DNA from: a virus | Virus record (IMG/VR): IMGVR_UViG_3300031656_000001 | Direction: 5' to 3' (one strand) | DNA: 64,000 bases | Shown: positions 19,125-28,597 of the stretch, in pieces | Layout: each line of letters starts with the position of its first letter | Numbering within the stretch: the first letter of the stretch is position 1 | Translations under genes and position numbers: made by a program | The notes under the pieces: model-generated | Told to the model about the DNA's origin: nothing | The model's input: the letters and a program-made list of their open reading frames with translations, nothing else | The model's database searches: none

Positions 19125-19592
19125 TTAGTAGTTGTTTTTTTGGCGATTTACATTTTCTTCTGCTTTAGCGAAATAATAGTTGTATGCTGTTTTTGCATCC
19201 AAGCCAATAGAAGCTGCATAGTTAATAAAGAAATGGAGAATATCTACCCATTCCATAAATAATTCTTTCTTATCACCTTCGGAAAGATCTGATACTTTCA
19301 TCGTATCATATTTTGTAAAGTCTTTTTTCCAGTATTTCCAGACTGCATTTCCAGAACCATCTTTAATACCTCCAAGTGCATCTGTCATTTCATGTATCTC
19401 ATCAACTACTGCGTGAGTGTTAACATGCCAGAAATTCATTACCTCTCGTAACGTCATATCTTCAAAGTTAAAACCATAAGTCTGCTCTTGCATCTTTTTT
19501 TGGTTTTCCATGATGTCTGCTAAATGTGTTGTTGATTTGGTGTAAAAGTCTTTTACTTCAAGATCTTTGCATTCATTGTCTATATTTGCCAT
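19125..19592 (-). CDS. All-alpha dNTP pyrophosphatase (dimeric dUTPase / gp56 dCTPase-like)
   Basis: E..E, WKYWK, EWVDILHF, K..EN..RQ...Y. Confidence 0.85.
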   Translation of the reverse strand: MANIDNECKDLEVKDFYTKSTTHLADIMENQKKMQEQTYGFNFEDMTLREVMNFWHVNTHAVVDEIHEMTDALGGIKDGSGNAVWKYWKKDFTKYDTMKVSDLSEGDKKELFMEWVDILHFFINYAASIGLDAKTAYNYYFAKAEENVNRQKNNY

Positions 19593-19646
19593 TTTGTATT
19601 TTTTGTTATATTAATAATATGTGTATTTGATTAATAGTTTCAACTA

Positions 19647-20543
19647 TTATCTGTCCATTTCTAGAATTTGTCCCCATTCTCTTTGAGAGTCTGTTATAAT
19701 TTTTGTTTGATCAGATTCTGGTCTAGGATCTCCACCTACATTCCAGAACCATGCTCCTGGTTTTCCATGTTTCTTCATAAATTCCCATGCTTTTGCATCG
19801 TAGTTATATGCACTTGGAAATGGTGGCATTTGATCAAGACTTACGTTTTGATTAAATGGTTTAGGATGAGACCACATTTCAGCTCTACCTCTTTCACCTG
19901 TTTTGATATTACGAGCAACTGCAACTGCATGAAAATCTGCATCAGGCCATGCAATCTGTAATGATCTTTGTAATACTCCTGTAGAAATTGCTGACCAAAC
20001 TTCTTCTGGATATCCGTGTTTTTCTGCAAGATCATATGCAACTTTCACTGCGGCTGCTGTAACTAATTCGTGCTTAAGTCCTAGTGGAATAAACGTTGCG
20101 TTGTTATCTTCTGCCCATCTTTTAGCATGTGCGTTAAGGTTTGGCATAGCAGCAACTCTTTTAAATTTCATTTCTGCTCCACGTTCAATACATATCGCTT
20201 GATGATCTGAAATTTCTTTTTGTGATGGACTAAATAATACTAATTTTTTATTGTATTTTTCTGCAAGATATGCAAGTGATATACCTGCAAATCCACACCT
20301 TGGCTGTACATATACTAATGTATCTGTTGGTGCTGATTGAACTAAGATATCACCAAACCTGCATTTAGAACCAAATCCCATTAAATCTTCTCTTACGACT
20401 TTAAATCCATCATGTTCTGTGATAACTGGTTCTGAAAATGGATCTTTCCAATCTCCTGCTAAATCTAACCAAGCTTGACGATTTGGCATCATCAGATTAA
20501 TATCTTGATTCATTAGACTTTTTGTGTGTTTGTTATGTGCCAT
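19647..20543 (-). CDS. PLP-dependent enzyme (fold type II) of phage DNA-hypermodification type
   Basis: VVREDL...GSK.R (PLP lysine), G.AG.SLA, S..STG, YDAKAW, FWNVG. Confidence 0.75.
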   Translation of the reverse strand: MAHNKHTKSLMNQDINLMMPNRQAWLDLAGDWKDPFSEPVITEHDGFKVVREDLMGFGSKCRFGDILVQSAPTDTLVYVQPRCGFAGISLAYLAEKYNKKLVLFSPSQKEISDHQAICIERGAEMKFKRVAAMPNLNAHAKRWAEDNNATFIPLGLKHELVTAAAVKVAYDLAEKHGYPEEVWSAISTGVLQRSLQIAWPDADFHAVAVARNIKTGERGRAEMWSHPKPFNQNVSLDQMPPFPSAYNYDAKAWEFMKKHGKPGAWFWNVGGDPRPESDQTKIITDSQREWGQILEMDR

Positions 20544-20546
20544 ATT

Positions 20547-21224
20547 TTAAAAGTTTGTTTTGTTGCTACCTAAATAACCAGGTGCGGTCATTTCCTTATT
20601 GTGATATTCCATAATTTTATCTCTTGCTTCCACTGCAGTATCTACGATTCTAAATAAGTCAAAATCCGATGGACTCATTTTATTACTTTCCAATACAGTA
20701 TCTTTTAGCCAATCAATTAATCCTGACCAATAATCTTTTCCAACTAATACTATTGGGTATTTTACGTTGTGACCACATTGAGCTAATGTAATTGCTTCAA
20801 ATAATTCATCTAGAGTTCCAAGTCCTCCTGGAAATACAACGAATCCTTGCGAATATTTTAAGAACATTACCTTTCTTGTAAAAAAGTATCTGCATTCCAT
20901 TCCTAAATCAACATATTTGTTCATACCTGATTCAAATGGCAATTCAATGCCAATTCCTATAGAATTACCTGAAACTTCATGAGCTCCGTGATTTGCTGCA
21001 GCCATTATTCCTGGACCTCCGCCTGTAATTACTCCGAATCCTTCACATGATATAAGCTTAGCAAATTCTCTTGCTTCGTTATACCATTTACTACCTTGTT
21101 TTGTTCTTGCACTTCCGAATATCGATACACATGGTACATCTATTTCATTAAAAGTGTCAAATCCTTTTGTAAATTCTCCTTGAATTCTTAGAATTTGCCA
21201 TGCATCATCTGCTTTATTTTTCAT
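20547..21224 (-). CDS. LOG-family (SLOG) nucleotide phosphoribohydrolase, TIGR00730-like
   Basis: SIFGSAR, ITGGGPGIM, YFFTRK, PGGLGTLDELFE. Confidence 0.92.
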   Translation of the reverse strand: MKNKADDAWQILRIQGEFTKGFDTFNEIDVPCVSIFGSARTKQGSKWYNEAREFAKLISCEGFGVITGGGPGIMAAANHGAHEVSGNSIGIGIELPFESGMNKYVDLGMECRYFFTRKVMFLKYSQGFVVFPGGLGTLDELFEAITLAQCGHNVKYPIVLVGKDYWSGLIDWLKDTVLESNKMSPSDFDLFRIVDTAVEARDKIMEYHNKEMTAPGYLGSNKTNF

Positions 21225-21235
21225 CTTGTTTGTAT

Positions 21236-22375
21236 TTATTCGTTAGGGTAATTCTTACCCCAAATGTGACGTGTTGTTTCTGCGTTTACGATAACATCCT
21301 CTGTTGGATGTTTTGCTAAATTAAATGCTCCATCAAAGATCCAAGTATATGGAATTCTTTTAGTGGGAGATTTAATACCATGACTGATTGCGATGTGTTT
21401 GTAAAAAAAACATGTTTTATCCTCTACATTTAACATCGTTTGAGTAGTCATTGGATTACTTGGATGATCTGATAAAACTTGCATTTGTCTAATCCATTCT
21501 TCAGCATGTTTATTCTCTGCTATAAATTGACCATCTTCGTCAATTGAGTATTTTACTTTACCATTTAAGTTTGGTCCTCCAAAGATTTGCATCATACCAT
21601 CAAAATGTCCAGTTCCACCAAAAAGCACTGATTCTGGATCAACTAGATCCGGTCTACTCATTGCAACATATCTTGCAGTGTTTTTACATGGATATAATGG
21701 ACTTCTAAAGTTTTGATGTTCTTTAAAATAAGCTTCTAATATTTTAGCAAATTCCATCATAGTGTATGGTCTTTCTAAATTCTCTAAAATATGAGCCATA
21801 TCTTTGGCTGCTTTTTTAGGTCCTTCTAATAACCAATCCTTAACTATTGTGCCCTTTGGATAATATATTTGAAATAGATCATTACGAGCATGTCTGTTTT
21901 CAACAAAGTGTTTTCTTGTTTTTACTTCACCGTCATTGATCAATCTATTAATAGTTCCCCAATGTTCATTACTAAAAGAAAATACTATTGTATAATATAA
22001 TAGCTTTTCTAAATCTGTTTCATGTTTCATCATATAACAATATGGATGTTCATGCCAGTGTAATCTATGTGAGAATATTTGGTAATCTTCTAAAAGTAAG
22101 CTGTCTTGTCTCTTATCAAAAGCATGACAGAATTCAAAGAATTTATCAAATCTTTCTTCTTGAGTCCAATCCTTCATCCAACTTTCCATTGGTTTTCCCT
22201 TTTTCATTAGGATTTCAGAAGTGCCTTTATATGATATATTGTGTTTGTTCATTTTGTCATTTCCGTTAAATTCAAACAAACTATTTTTTAAAAAGTTTGC
22301 ATTACTTGAACCATTTTTTGGATTAAATTCAATTATAAGTTTCGTATCCTTTTCCAATTCTTGTTCTTTATTCAT
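21236..22375 (-). CDS. Amino-acid:DNA transferase (aGPT-pyrophosphorylase)-like protein, paralog 2
   Basis: D.LL..YQIF..R, GTG..DG...IF, E..C.FYK patterns align with the aGPT-Pplase1 layout as recalled; paralogous to neighbour. Confidence 0.55.
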   Translation of the reverse strand: MNKEQELEKDTKLIIEFNPKNGSSNANFLKNSLFEFNGNDKMNKHNISYKGTSEILMKKGKPMESWMKDWTQEERFDKFFEFCHAFDKRQDSLLLEDYQIFSHRLHWHEHPYCYMMKHETDLEKLLYYTIVFSFSNEHWGTINRLINDGEVKTRKHFVENRHARNDLFQIYYPKGTIVKDWLLEGPKKAAKDMAHILENLERPYTMMEFAKILEAYFKEHQNFRSPLYPCKNTARYVAMSRPDLVDPESVLFGGTGHFDGMMQIFGGPNLNGKVKYSIDEDGQFIAENKHAEEWIRQMQVLSDHPSNPMTTQTMLNVEDKTCFFYKHIAISHGIKSPTKRIPYTWIFDGAFNLAKHPTEDVIVNAETTRHIWGKNYPNE

Positions 22376-23594
22376 ATGTCGTTGGTAGTATACTATTTAT
22401 TTTGCTTTTATATTCGGCGGCCGTTAGGTTAACAGATGCTATAACTTTGTCATCTGATGGAAATGATGTGATACCATTGAATGTGTCTACTAGACCTAAT
22501 TCTAACATCGCTTTCTGTCTTCCATATGGATGATCTAATATAAATGAACTGTTCCAAATACCATCAAAGTCTATATGATTATATGCCGCGCCCGGTCTTA
22601 AATAGTTTTCAATCCATCTAATAAAATCACATGCTACATCTTCAGCATTATATGGTAAGCTTCCTGTATCTTCGTATATTCTTGTCATTACTGCATCCAA
22701 GAATTCTTCACTCTTTTTACCTTTCTTTTCAACAGGATCTGCAAGATATCCAATGCATTCTACTGCATTTGTACCATAATAAAACATTGATTCTCTGTTT
22801 ACATATTCTGGATACCAATCTGCTAAATCTGCAAGAACTGCAGCATACTGGAATCTATAAGCTCTTAGGCCATTATCAGCATTCCACTTAAACATCCATT
22901 CTCCGATCTCTCTTAAATCTTTTTTACCGTCACTTCTTAAAAAGACAGCTAAGTCTCTTGAAAGTCTTGGTGCAAATTCACATAAGAAATAATCTCCGCC
23001 TCTTTTGTAAACATATTCAGGTTCTGTAAACGATTCCATACCTACAAAACTATCTTCATTACCTGAAGGCTTTGGTGGTTTAGGAAATGCTGGAAACTGA
23101 TAACCAACTGAAGTATAAAATGGCGTAGGATGATATTTAATAACCTCGCACATTTCTTCAATTGTTTTACATTCATGTAATGCAAAGATAACTGTGTTGT
23201 GATAACCAGATGGTTTGGTAGCATAATTAATTGCACTACCACAAACTCGATGTAGAATAAACAGATATAACCATTCTTCTAATCCAAAGTCTTTGTGCTT
23301 TCCAGTCCAGTTTTTGGCAACTTCTTCTCTTTGAGGGAATATTTTGCCGGCTTTCATGTGTTCCCAATATGGATGATCTTCTGTCCAACCATAAAAACAA
23401 TCGTTTATGATCTGACTAAAACCTGCATATTTTCTTTCCACTACATCATATAAGTGCACGTGTTCCATTAAAGGATCATTCATGCCGCTTTCTTCATGTG
23501 GTACAATACCTAAGTTACTAAGCTCTTGCTGTTTCTTAGCAAGTTCAAAGTATCTCAAAAACTCATCGTAATATTTAGTAGTTTTTATTTCCAT
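22368..23594 (-). CDS. Amino-acid:DNA transferase (aGPT-pyrophosphorylase)-like protein, paralog 1
   Basis: DPLM....YDVV.R, ADL, GTNA..C, ED..CDF.RW patterns; next to PLP enzyme. Confidence 0.6.
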   Translation of the reverse strand: MEIKTTKYYDEFLRYFELAKKQQELSNLGIVPHEESGMNDPLMEHVHLYDVVERKYAGFSQIINDCFYGWTEDHPYWEHMKAGKIFPQREEVAKNWTGKHKDFGLEEWLYLFILHRVCGSAINYATKPSGYHNTVIFALHECKTIEEMCEVIKYHPTPFYTSVGYQFPAFPKPPKPSGNEDSFVGMESFTEPEYVYKRGGDYFLCEFAPRLSRDLAVFLRSDGKKDLREIGEWMFKWNADNGLRAYRFQYAAVLADLADWYPEYVNRESMFYYGTNAVECIGYLADPVEKKGKKSEEFLDAVMTRIYEDTGSLPYNAEDVACDFIRWIENYLRPGAAYNHIDFDGIWNSSFILDHPYGRQKAMLELGLVDTFNGITSFPSDDKVIASVNLTAAEYKSKINSILPTTYE

Positions 23595-23595
23595 C

Positions 23596-23739
23596 TTATT
23601 CTATGATTTTCCATTTGAATGGATTTCTATTTCTTTGATATTGTTCCATAACCCACTCTATATCCTTTGTTTTTATTTCAAACGAATAAGATTCTTTAGT
23701 GTCGTCATGTGGTGTGATGAGTATTTTGTATTTTTTCAT
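23596..23739 (-). CDS. Small hypothetical protein (47 aa)
   Basis: Manual translation MKKYKILITPHDDTKESYSFEIKTKDIEWVMEQYQRNRNPFKWKIIE; exactly fills the gap (1-3 nt spacing). Confidence 0.7.
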   Translation of the reverse strand: MKKYKILITPHDDTKESYSFEIKTKDIEWVMEQYQRNRNPFKWKIIE

Positions 23740-23742
23740 ATT

Positions 23743-24837
23743 TTAAAAAAGTGACATAGTTTGTTTAATTAATTTAGCATTAGGTTCATTACTGGTTAAA
23801 TCCCATCTGTAATATTCCCTGGCGATATGAACTGATTTTGGCTTTTCCATTACGTCAAATGTTAATTCATTTTTAGAATTATAATAAACTTCTGGATGTT
23901 TATGTGATTGCCAATTATTTCTTTCACACATACTGTCTATACCATCATTGATTTCTTTGACCAATGCAGTTCTTTGTGCCCATGTTCCTGCAAATGGTGT
24001 ATCTTTATAATACCCTGTTTTTGGTAAAGCTCTACTTTCATTTTCAATTGGTAATACATGAACAACTTCTATTTCTTTTATTCCACGTTCGTACATTTCA
24101 CGTAGTTCATTTTCAAAGTCAATTAGTATTGTTTTAACTGAAGCTGACGGGTTACTTTGTCTCATTAAATGGTGTCGCACATCAATGTTGCCCATGTAAA
24201 CCCTAAGAGATTTGACCCATGGGTATATGTATGCATCTAAACCTTTTTTGAGTGCGCCATGCATAGTCAAACCATCATGACGTTGTGTCATATAACCTGG
24301 TGTATACTGACTAAATGAATGGCTATCACCAAAGCACAGTTTATCAGTTTTTTCAATGCAATCAATTCTTGGAATATCTACAGCGCATATTTCCTTTATA
24401 TGATCAACTTGAGAATATCCATCCGGTCGTACATCGCCTAATTGTTTAAACAAATCAGTTCCAGTATGTAATCGTTGATCAATCAACTTGCCAATACATG
24501 GCATGTCATGATGTAAAGAATAAATCAACGTACTGCTAAAAATTCTCATGATTTGATGATATAAATCATCATTAGCGCCTCCGAATATATTGAAGGTACC
24601 TTTGAATTCCATACCATGTTCTAATAGAATTGCATCAAAGTCATCCCAGTTTGTTGTAATATCTGTGATCACTTCTACGTTTTCATAGCCAGCATTCACA
24701 CATTGATTTGCTAGGTGAAATGCCCAACCTGATTTATGCGAGCTAATTTTTGGACTTAATTTACCAACCAATGCTGCTATTCCAATTTTAGCAGACTTAT
24801 CTGAAATATAGTCAGTAAGATATTTGAATTCTGTCAT
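23743..24837 (-). CDS. Hypothetical protein with C-terminal SGNH/GDSL-like domain
   Basis: FGDSHS (block I), GNID (block III G-x-x-D), SVH near C-terminus (block V His). Confidence 0.55.
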   Translation of the reverse strand: MTEFKYLTDYISDKSAKIGIAALVGKLSPKISSHKSGWAFHLANQCVNAGYENVEVITDITTNWDDFDAILLEHGMEFKGTFNIFGGANDDLYHQIMRIFSSTLIYSLHHDMPCIGKLIDQRLHTGTDLFKQLGDVRPDGYSQVDHIKEICAVDIPRIDCIEKTDKLCFGDSHSFSQYTPGYMTQRHDGLTMHGALKKGLDAYIYPWVKSLRVYMGNIDVRHHLMRQSNPSASVKTILIDFENELREMYERGIKEIEVVHVLPIENESRALPKTGYYKDTPFAGTWAQRTALVKEINDGIDSMCERNNWQSHKHPEVYYNSKNELTFDVMEKPKSVHIAREYYRWDLTSNEPNAKLIKQTMSLF

Positions 24838-24843
24838 ATGTAA

Positions 24844-25146
24844 TTATTTAATAGGATCTTCAGTTTCACCATAACCATGTTTTTCAACATAATTATCAAG
24901 AGCACCTAAATATGCAACCGCATCTAATAGATTATCTTGTTTATAGTTATAAGAGTGTCGGCTTAATTTCAATGCAACAAGTGCAGCATACATATCAGAT
25001 CCGTTAAGATCTTTACCAGTCATGCCATTGAAAACCATAGCAGCTCTACGCATACCTTCTTCAAATGGACCATATTGTCTGGCCTTTTCTTCTGATCGCT
25101 CGTTAACAATTTTATTAGCTTCAGCTAAAATATTTAATTTACTCAT
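24844..25146 (-). CDS. DUF6378-like all-alpha putative nucleotide pyrophosphohydrolase
   Basis: IL.EA..IV, QYG, LKL.R, DN.LD...Y pattern. Confidence 0.6.
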   Translation of the reverse strand: MSKLNILAEANKIVNERSEEKARQYGPFEEGMRRAAMVFNGMTGKDLNGSDMYAALVALKLSRHSYNYKQDNLLDAVAYLGALDNYVEKHGYGETEDPIK

Positions 25147-25262
25147 GTCTCGTGTTTATTATTATATGAAGGTTTGACATTTTGTTTAGAAATTCTAGGA
25201 CAATTTGTCTATTATTCTAAACATAACAATATCACTTGTTTTATTATACTACTAATATAAAC

Positions 25263-25292
25263 AAAAAAAGCCAAACAAAAAAATGTTTGGCT
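25263..25292 (-). terminator. Intrinsic terminator ending the late cargo island
   Basis: agccaaaca/tgtttggct stem, followed by U-run on minus strand. Confidence 0.7.
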
Positions 25293-25333
25293 AATTATTT
25301 TCGTAAAACTTACGAACAGTTGATAATTTTGAT

Positions 25334-26152
25334 TTAATACTCAAATGGAGGTGTTCCGTAATCTGCTCTTTTAACAGCGAACCACATTCTTCCTATAACG
25401 AAATACCAGAATCTATCTGTTTCAATTATATAGTGTTCTCCTTTAGGACTCGTAGACTTATAACCACCTCTTGTGAAGTTCTTAGTTACAGGTACTCCGT
25501 CTTCCCATGTTTTATCAGTTGATTGTGCTTTGAATGATTTACCACTAAATGTAGCTAAATGAATTTCTGGATTCATCTTATCAGATTCCATATCTTCTGC
25601 AAATTGATCTATGCCTCTTGGTTTTTGAGCATCTGCTTCATTAACTTTAGATTCATTAAATGATTTCATCCATTCTGCTAATACATTTCTTGCTTCGCTT
25701 TTACTAAGATCAAACTCTTTTTGTAAATATGGAGCTGCACCAAACATATTGGTTTTACCAGAATCTCTTAGTGTTAATAGAAAGTCATAATAAATTCTAT
25801 CTTGATCTGAAGTTTTATCAACTCTAGATTCGTTTACTTTAGAATAAAGTCCTTTATCTCCGTTCCATTCCCAATCAGCTTCATCAAAACCTTTAAGTTT
25901 TTTAGCTTTTTGATAATCTTCAGATGACAAATGAGATTGTTTAAGATTTACTCCTTCTGATATGAAAGATTCTAATGTTTTTAAGTGTTTCATTCTTTTC
26001 TTTTTCTTTTTATATTCTTCTTCGGCATCGCCACTACCAGCTGGTACATCACCAGAACCTAATGTTCCGTTGCCCGGTAATTCTACTGGACCCATACCTG
26101 ACATTGCTGCGGTTGAAACTGTTTCTGTTAATTTTTTGCTAATATCTGACAT
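25334..26152 (-). CDS. Multi-module protein with internal CTS-like tag
   Basis: Internal MKHLKTLESFISE (ATG 25993); modules bounded by ISE/VNE; contains LRDSGKTNMFGAAPYL module. Confidence 0.55.
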   Translation of the reverse strand: MSDISKKLTETVSTAAMSGMGPVELPGNGTLGSGDVPAGSGDAEEEYKKKKKRMKHLKTLESFISEGVNLKQSHLSSEDYQKAKKLKGFDEADWEWNGDKGLYSKVNESRVDKTSDQDRIYYDFLLTLRDSGKTNMFGAAPYLQKEFDLSKSEARNVLAEWMKSFNESKVNEADAQKPRGIDQFAEDMESDKMNPEIHLATFSGKSFKAQSTDKTWEDGVPVTKNFTRGGYKSTSPKGEHYIIETDRFWYFVIGRMWFAVKRADYGTPPFEY

Positions 26153-26153
26153 A

Positions 26154-26474
26154 TTAAGCTTCTAAAAACTTTTTAGCTGCGTCTAATAACTCAGCATATG
26201 TGAACTTACTAGATAATGCATTTGATAAAACAGTTCCATCTTTTTTACCGGAAGCGTACATATCTGTACTATCAAATCCAATTCCTTCTGACCATGGTTT
26301 TTTAGGATCAAATCCTAGATCTGAAGAAAGAGATTGTGCCAATGAAGTGTTTCCTCTAAATTGATCGTCATATGATAATTTATCATCTCCGAATGTAGAA
26401 GGATCTACTGTTTTTCTACCTTCTGTTACTGTTTTCTTTGAGATAAATTCCTCGTATAATTTAGTGCGTTTCAT
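26154..26474 (-). CDS. CTS-like-leader protein (start revised to ATG 26474)
   Basis: MKRTKLYEEFISKKTVTE; upstream ORF-track extension overlaps the previous gene. Confidence 0.6.
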   Translation of the reverse strand: MKRTKLYEEFISKKTVTEGRKTVDPSTFGDDKLSYDDQFRGNTSLAQSLSSDLGFDPKKPWSEGIGFDSTDMYASGKKDGTVLSNALSSKFTYAELLDAAKKFLEA

Positions 26475-26481
26475 AACTGTT

Positions 26482-27531
26482 TTATTTTTGGTATCTTTTA
26501 ATGTCTTTAATACTATCCCAAACCTTCTTGGCACAATCTTTTATATTTCTTTTATGATATGCCATATCATAACCAGCGTTATATTCGTGCGCATCTAGAT
26601 CAGTGTAATGTACATATGTTGAAAATCTATTCAATAGAAAGTCCATGTGTTGCAAAATACCTGATATTTTATATTTATGGCTACCAGTACCTATCAGAAT
26701 ATCACCTTTCGAATCTCTATGTCCGCGAGCATTTGCGTTTGCAATAATCTCACCTATTAATTCTGTCGCTTCTTTAACTTTCTTATCAAGTGGCATTGCA
26801 AGAGCTCGATCTGCTATGATATCTTGATATCTTGCATGTGTTTGTTTTCTAAAGTCTTTATCTGATATGAATGCAGTTGCTCCTTTCTGAGCAGCTTTTC
26901 TTTCATCTTTAAGGTTTACCGTAGAATATCTTGCAGTAAGAATATCTAAATCAAGACAATAGCATATATCTGCAGTTCTTGCTACTTTCATAACAGTATC
27001 TAGACCTGTATTTCCTTTGTCGATTCCTGCTGAATCTTTCCTTTTAGATTGTTGAAGTTCTTGATGTCCATCAACATCAGGTACAATAGTTGCATATTTA
27101 AGGTTAGAACCATGTCGTGTGTATTTATTATCTTTAGCCCAATCAATATTCATCCATTTATTATCTACATTAGTAATTGCCAATAAAGTATTTGCTGGAA
27201 TAATACCACCGTTGTATATTGATATTTCTTCATCTTTATCATATGGATTTTGTATATGGTAATCGTTTTCTTTTTCATCTGTTACAAAGTACATGTATAC
27301 TGCGTTTGCTCGTTTTTCTCTCCTAGCAACCATTGGATCCAATTCGATGATATCTTCATCTTTTATTTTATCTAATTTAAGTTTAGTCATTTTGTAAAAT
27401 GCAGCTGGAAGACCTTCTGGTAATTTATTAGCACCTGTTAATATATTTGCTAATTTAGTAGAAGCAAATGCTTCGTTTAATGATGAATCTGATTCGTTTA
27501 TGAATTGTTCAAATAATTTAATGTGTTTCAT
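26482..27531 (-). CDS. CTS-like-leader protein, paralog of 27564..28556
   Basis: MKHIKLFEQFINE...LNEAFASTKLANILTG; shared KL.LDK..DEDII..DP, YST.N...ER..A..GA.AF.SDKDF blocks. Confidence 0.7.
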   Translation of the reverse strand: MKHIKLFEQFINESDSSLNEAFASTKLANILTGANKLPEGLPAAFYKMTKLKLDKIKDEDIIELDPMVARREKRANAVYMYFVTDEKENDYHIQNPYDKDEEISIYNGGIIPANTLLAITNVDNKWMNIDWAKDNKYTRHGSNLKYATIVPDVDGHQELQQSKRKDSAGIDKGNTGLDTVMKVARTADICYCLDLDILTARYSTVNLKDERKAAQKGATAFISDKDFRKQTHARYQDIIADRALAMPLDKKVKEATELIGEIIANANARGHRDSKGDILIGTGSHKYKISGILQHMDFLLNRFSTYVHYTDLDAHEYNAGYDMAYHKRNIKDCAKKVWDSIKDIKRYQK

Positions 27532-27534
27532 ATC

Positions 27535-27566
27535 TGTTTTATTATTGTTTTATTATTGTTTTATTA
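27535..27566. repeat. Tandem 11-bp repeat (tgttttattat) x~3 in intergenic leader
   Basis: Seen directly. Confidence 0.8.
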
Positions 27567-28556
27567 CCAAGCGTATGTCATGTCTTCAATTTTCTTGATA
27601 TTATCAGCACATCTTTTTGCATATTCTTTTGCAGATTTACCATACCAATTAGAAGCTTTACCATATGCTTTGATTTCATCTTCTTCTTGTCTAACATAAT
27701 CAGCATATCTAGAGTAGTCATCTAATATATTGTTCATGTGCTGAGAAGCATCTCTTAATTTAACTTCTTTACCTTTTGATGATTTACCAATCATCGGATC
27801 ACCATATCTTGTTTTTTCACCAGACTTTAATCCAGATTTGATTTGTTCTGCTAATGAATCAATTGCATCTGCAACCATTTTGTCTAATGGTAATTTTGAA
27901 GCTTTAGTTGCTAAAATTTCTTGGTATCTTGTCATGTTATCAGATTTGAAATCTTTATCAGATTTGAATGCGATTGCACCTGATTTAGCAGAATTTCTTT
28001 CAGCTCTTATGTTCGCTGTTGAATATTTTTGTTGTAATAATGTTAAATTGATTACAATTGCTCTATCAGCAACTTCTGCAATTCTTTTAACATTATAAAG
28101 TCCCGTTGCATCCCAACCTTTATACTTCTTAGAAATACCTATGGAATCTGCTGGATTATTTCCTGTTCTAATCAATCCTCTTTTCCATGTGTTTTCATAA
28201 AAACTATTATCTCCCGATGCAAGTGCTAATAAATAACCTCCACCTGGTATAACTTTGCTACTTTCGTATGCGTCGCTTGGTGCATATGGATTTTCTTTTT
28301 GATTATCTGAAATATAAAATACGATTGCGTTATCAGACTTCTCTTTATATGCTGTCATTGGATCAGTCACTATAATATCTTCATCTTGTACTTTGTCTAA
28401 CGCTAATTTAGTTTTACCATAAAATGCCTTAGTTAATGATTTGTCAGCTTTAGAGCCTTTACCTGTTAATATGCCCGCTAATATAGCTGAAGCAAATGAT
28501 TCATTTAAAGATTCTGTGAATTCTTCGAATGATTCGAATAAAAATTTGTGTTTCAT
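27564..28556 (-). CDS. CTS-like-leader protein, paralog of 26482..27531
   Basis: MKHKFLFESFEEFTESLNESFASAILAGILTG. Confidence 0.7.
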   Translation of the reverse strand: MKHKFLFESFEEFTESLNESFASAILAGILTGKGSKADKSLTKAFYGKTKLALDKVQDEDIIVTDPMTAYKEKSDNAIVFYISDNQKENPYAPSDAYESSKVIPGGGYLLALASGDNSFYENTWKRGLIRTGNNPADSIGISKKYKGWDATGLYNVKRIAEVADRAIVINLTLLQQKYSTANIRAERNSAKSGAIAFKSDKDFKSDNMTRYQEILATKASKLPLDKMVADAIDSLAEQIKSGLKSGEKTRYGDPMIGKSSKGKEVKLRDASQHMNNILDDYSRYADYVRQEEDEIKAYGKASNWYGKSAKEYAKRCADNIKKIEDMTYAW

Positions 28557-28597
28557 GTTTATATTGTTTTGTTTATTGTTTTGTTTTTAATATGATT

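Noticed and set aside
20547-21224. Lysine decarboxylase
   Set aside because: Known misannotation of LOG proteins; no PLP-binding motif in this ORF.
25241-25292. Host-type Bacteroidota promoter (TTTG...TATATTAG) overlapping the terminator
   Set aside because: Single imperfect instance with short spacing and no convincing ORF directly downstream; insufficient support.
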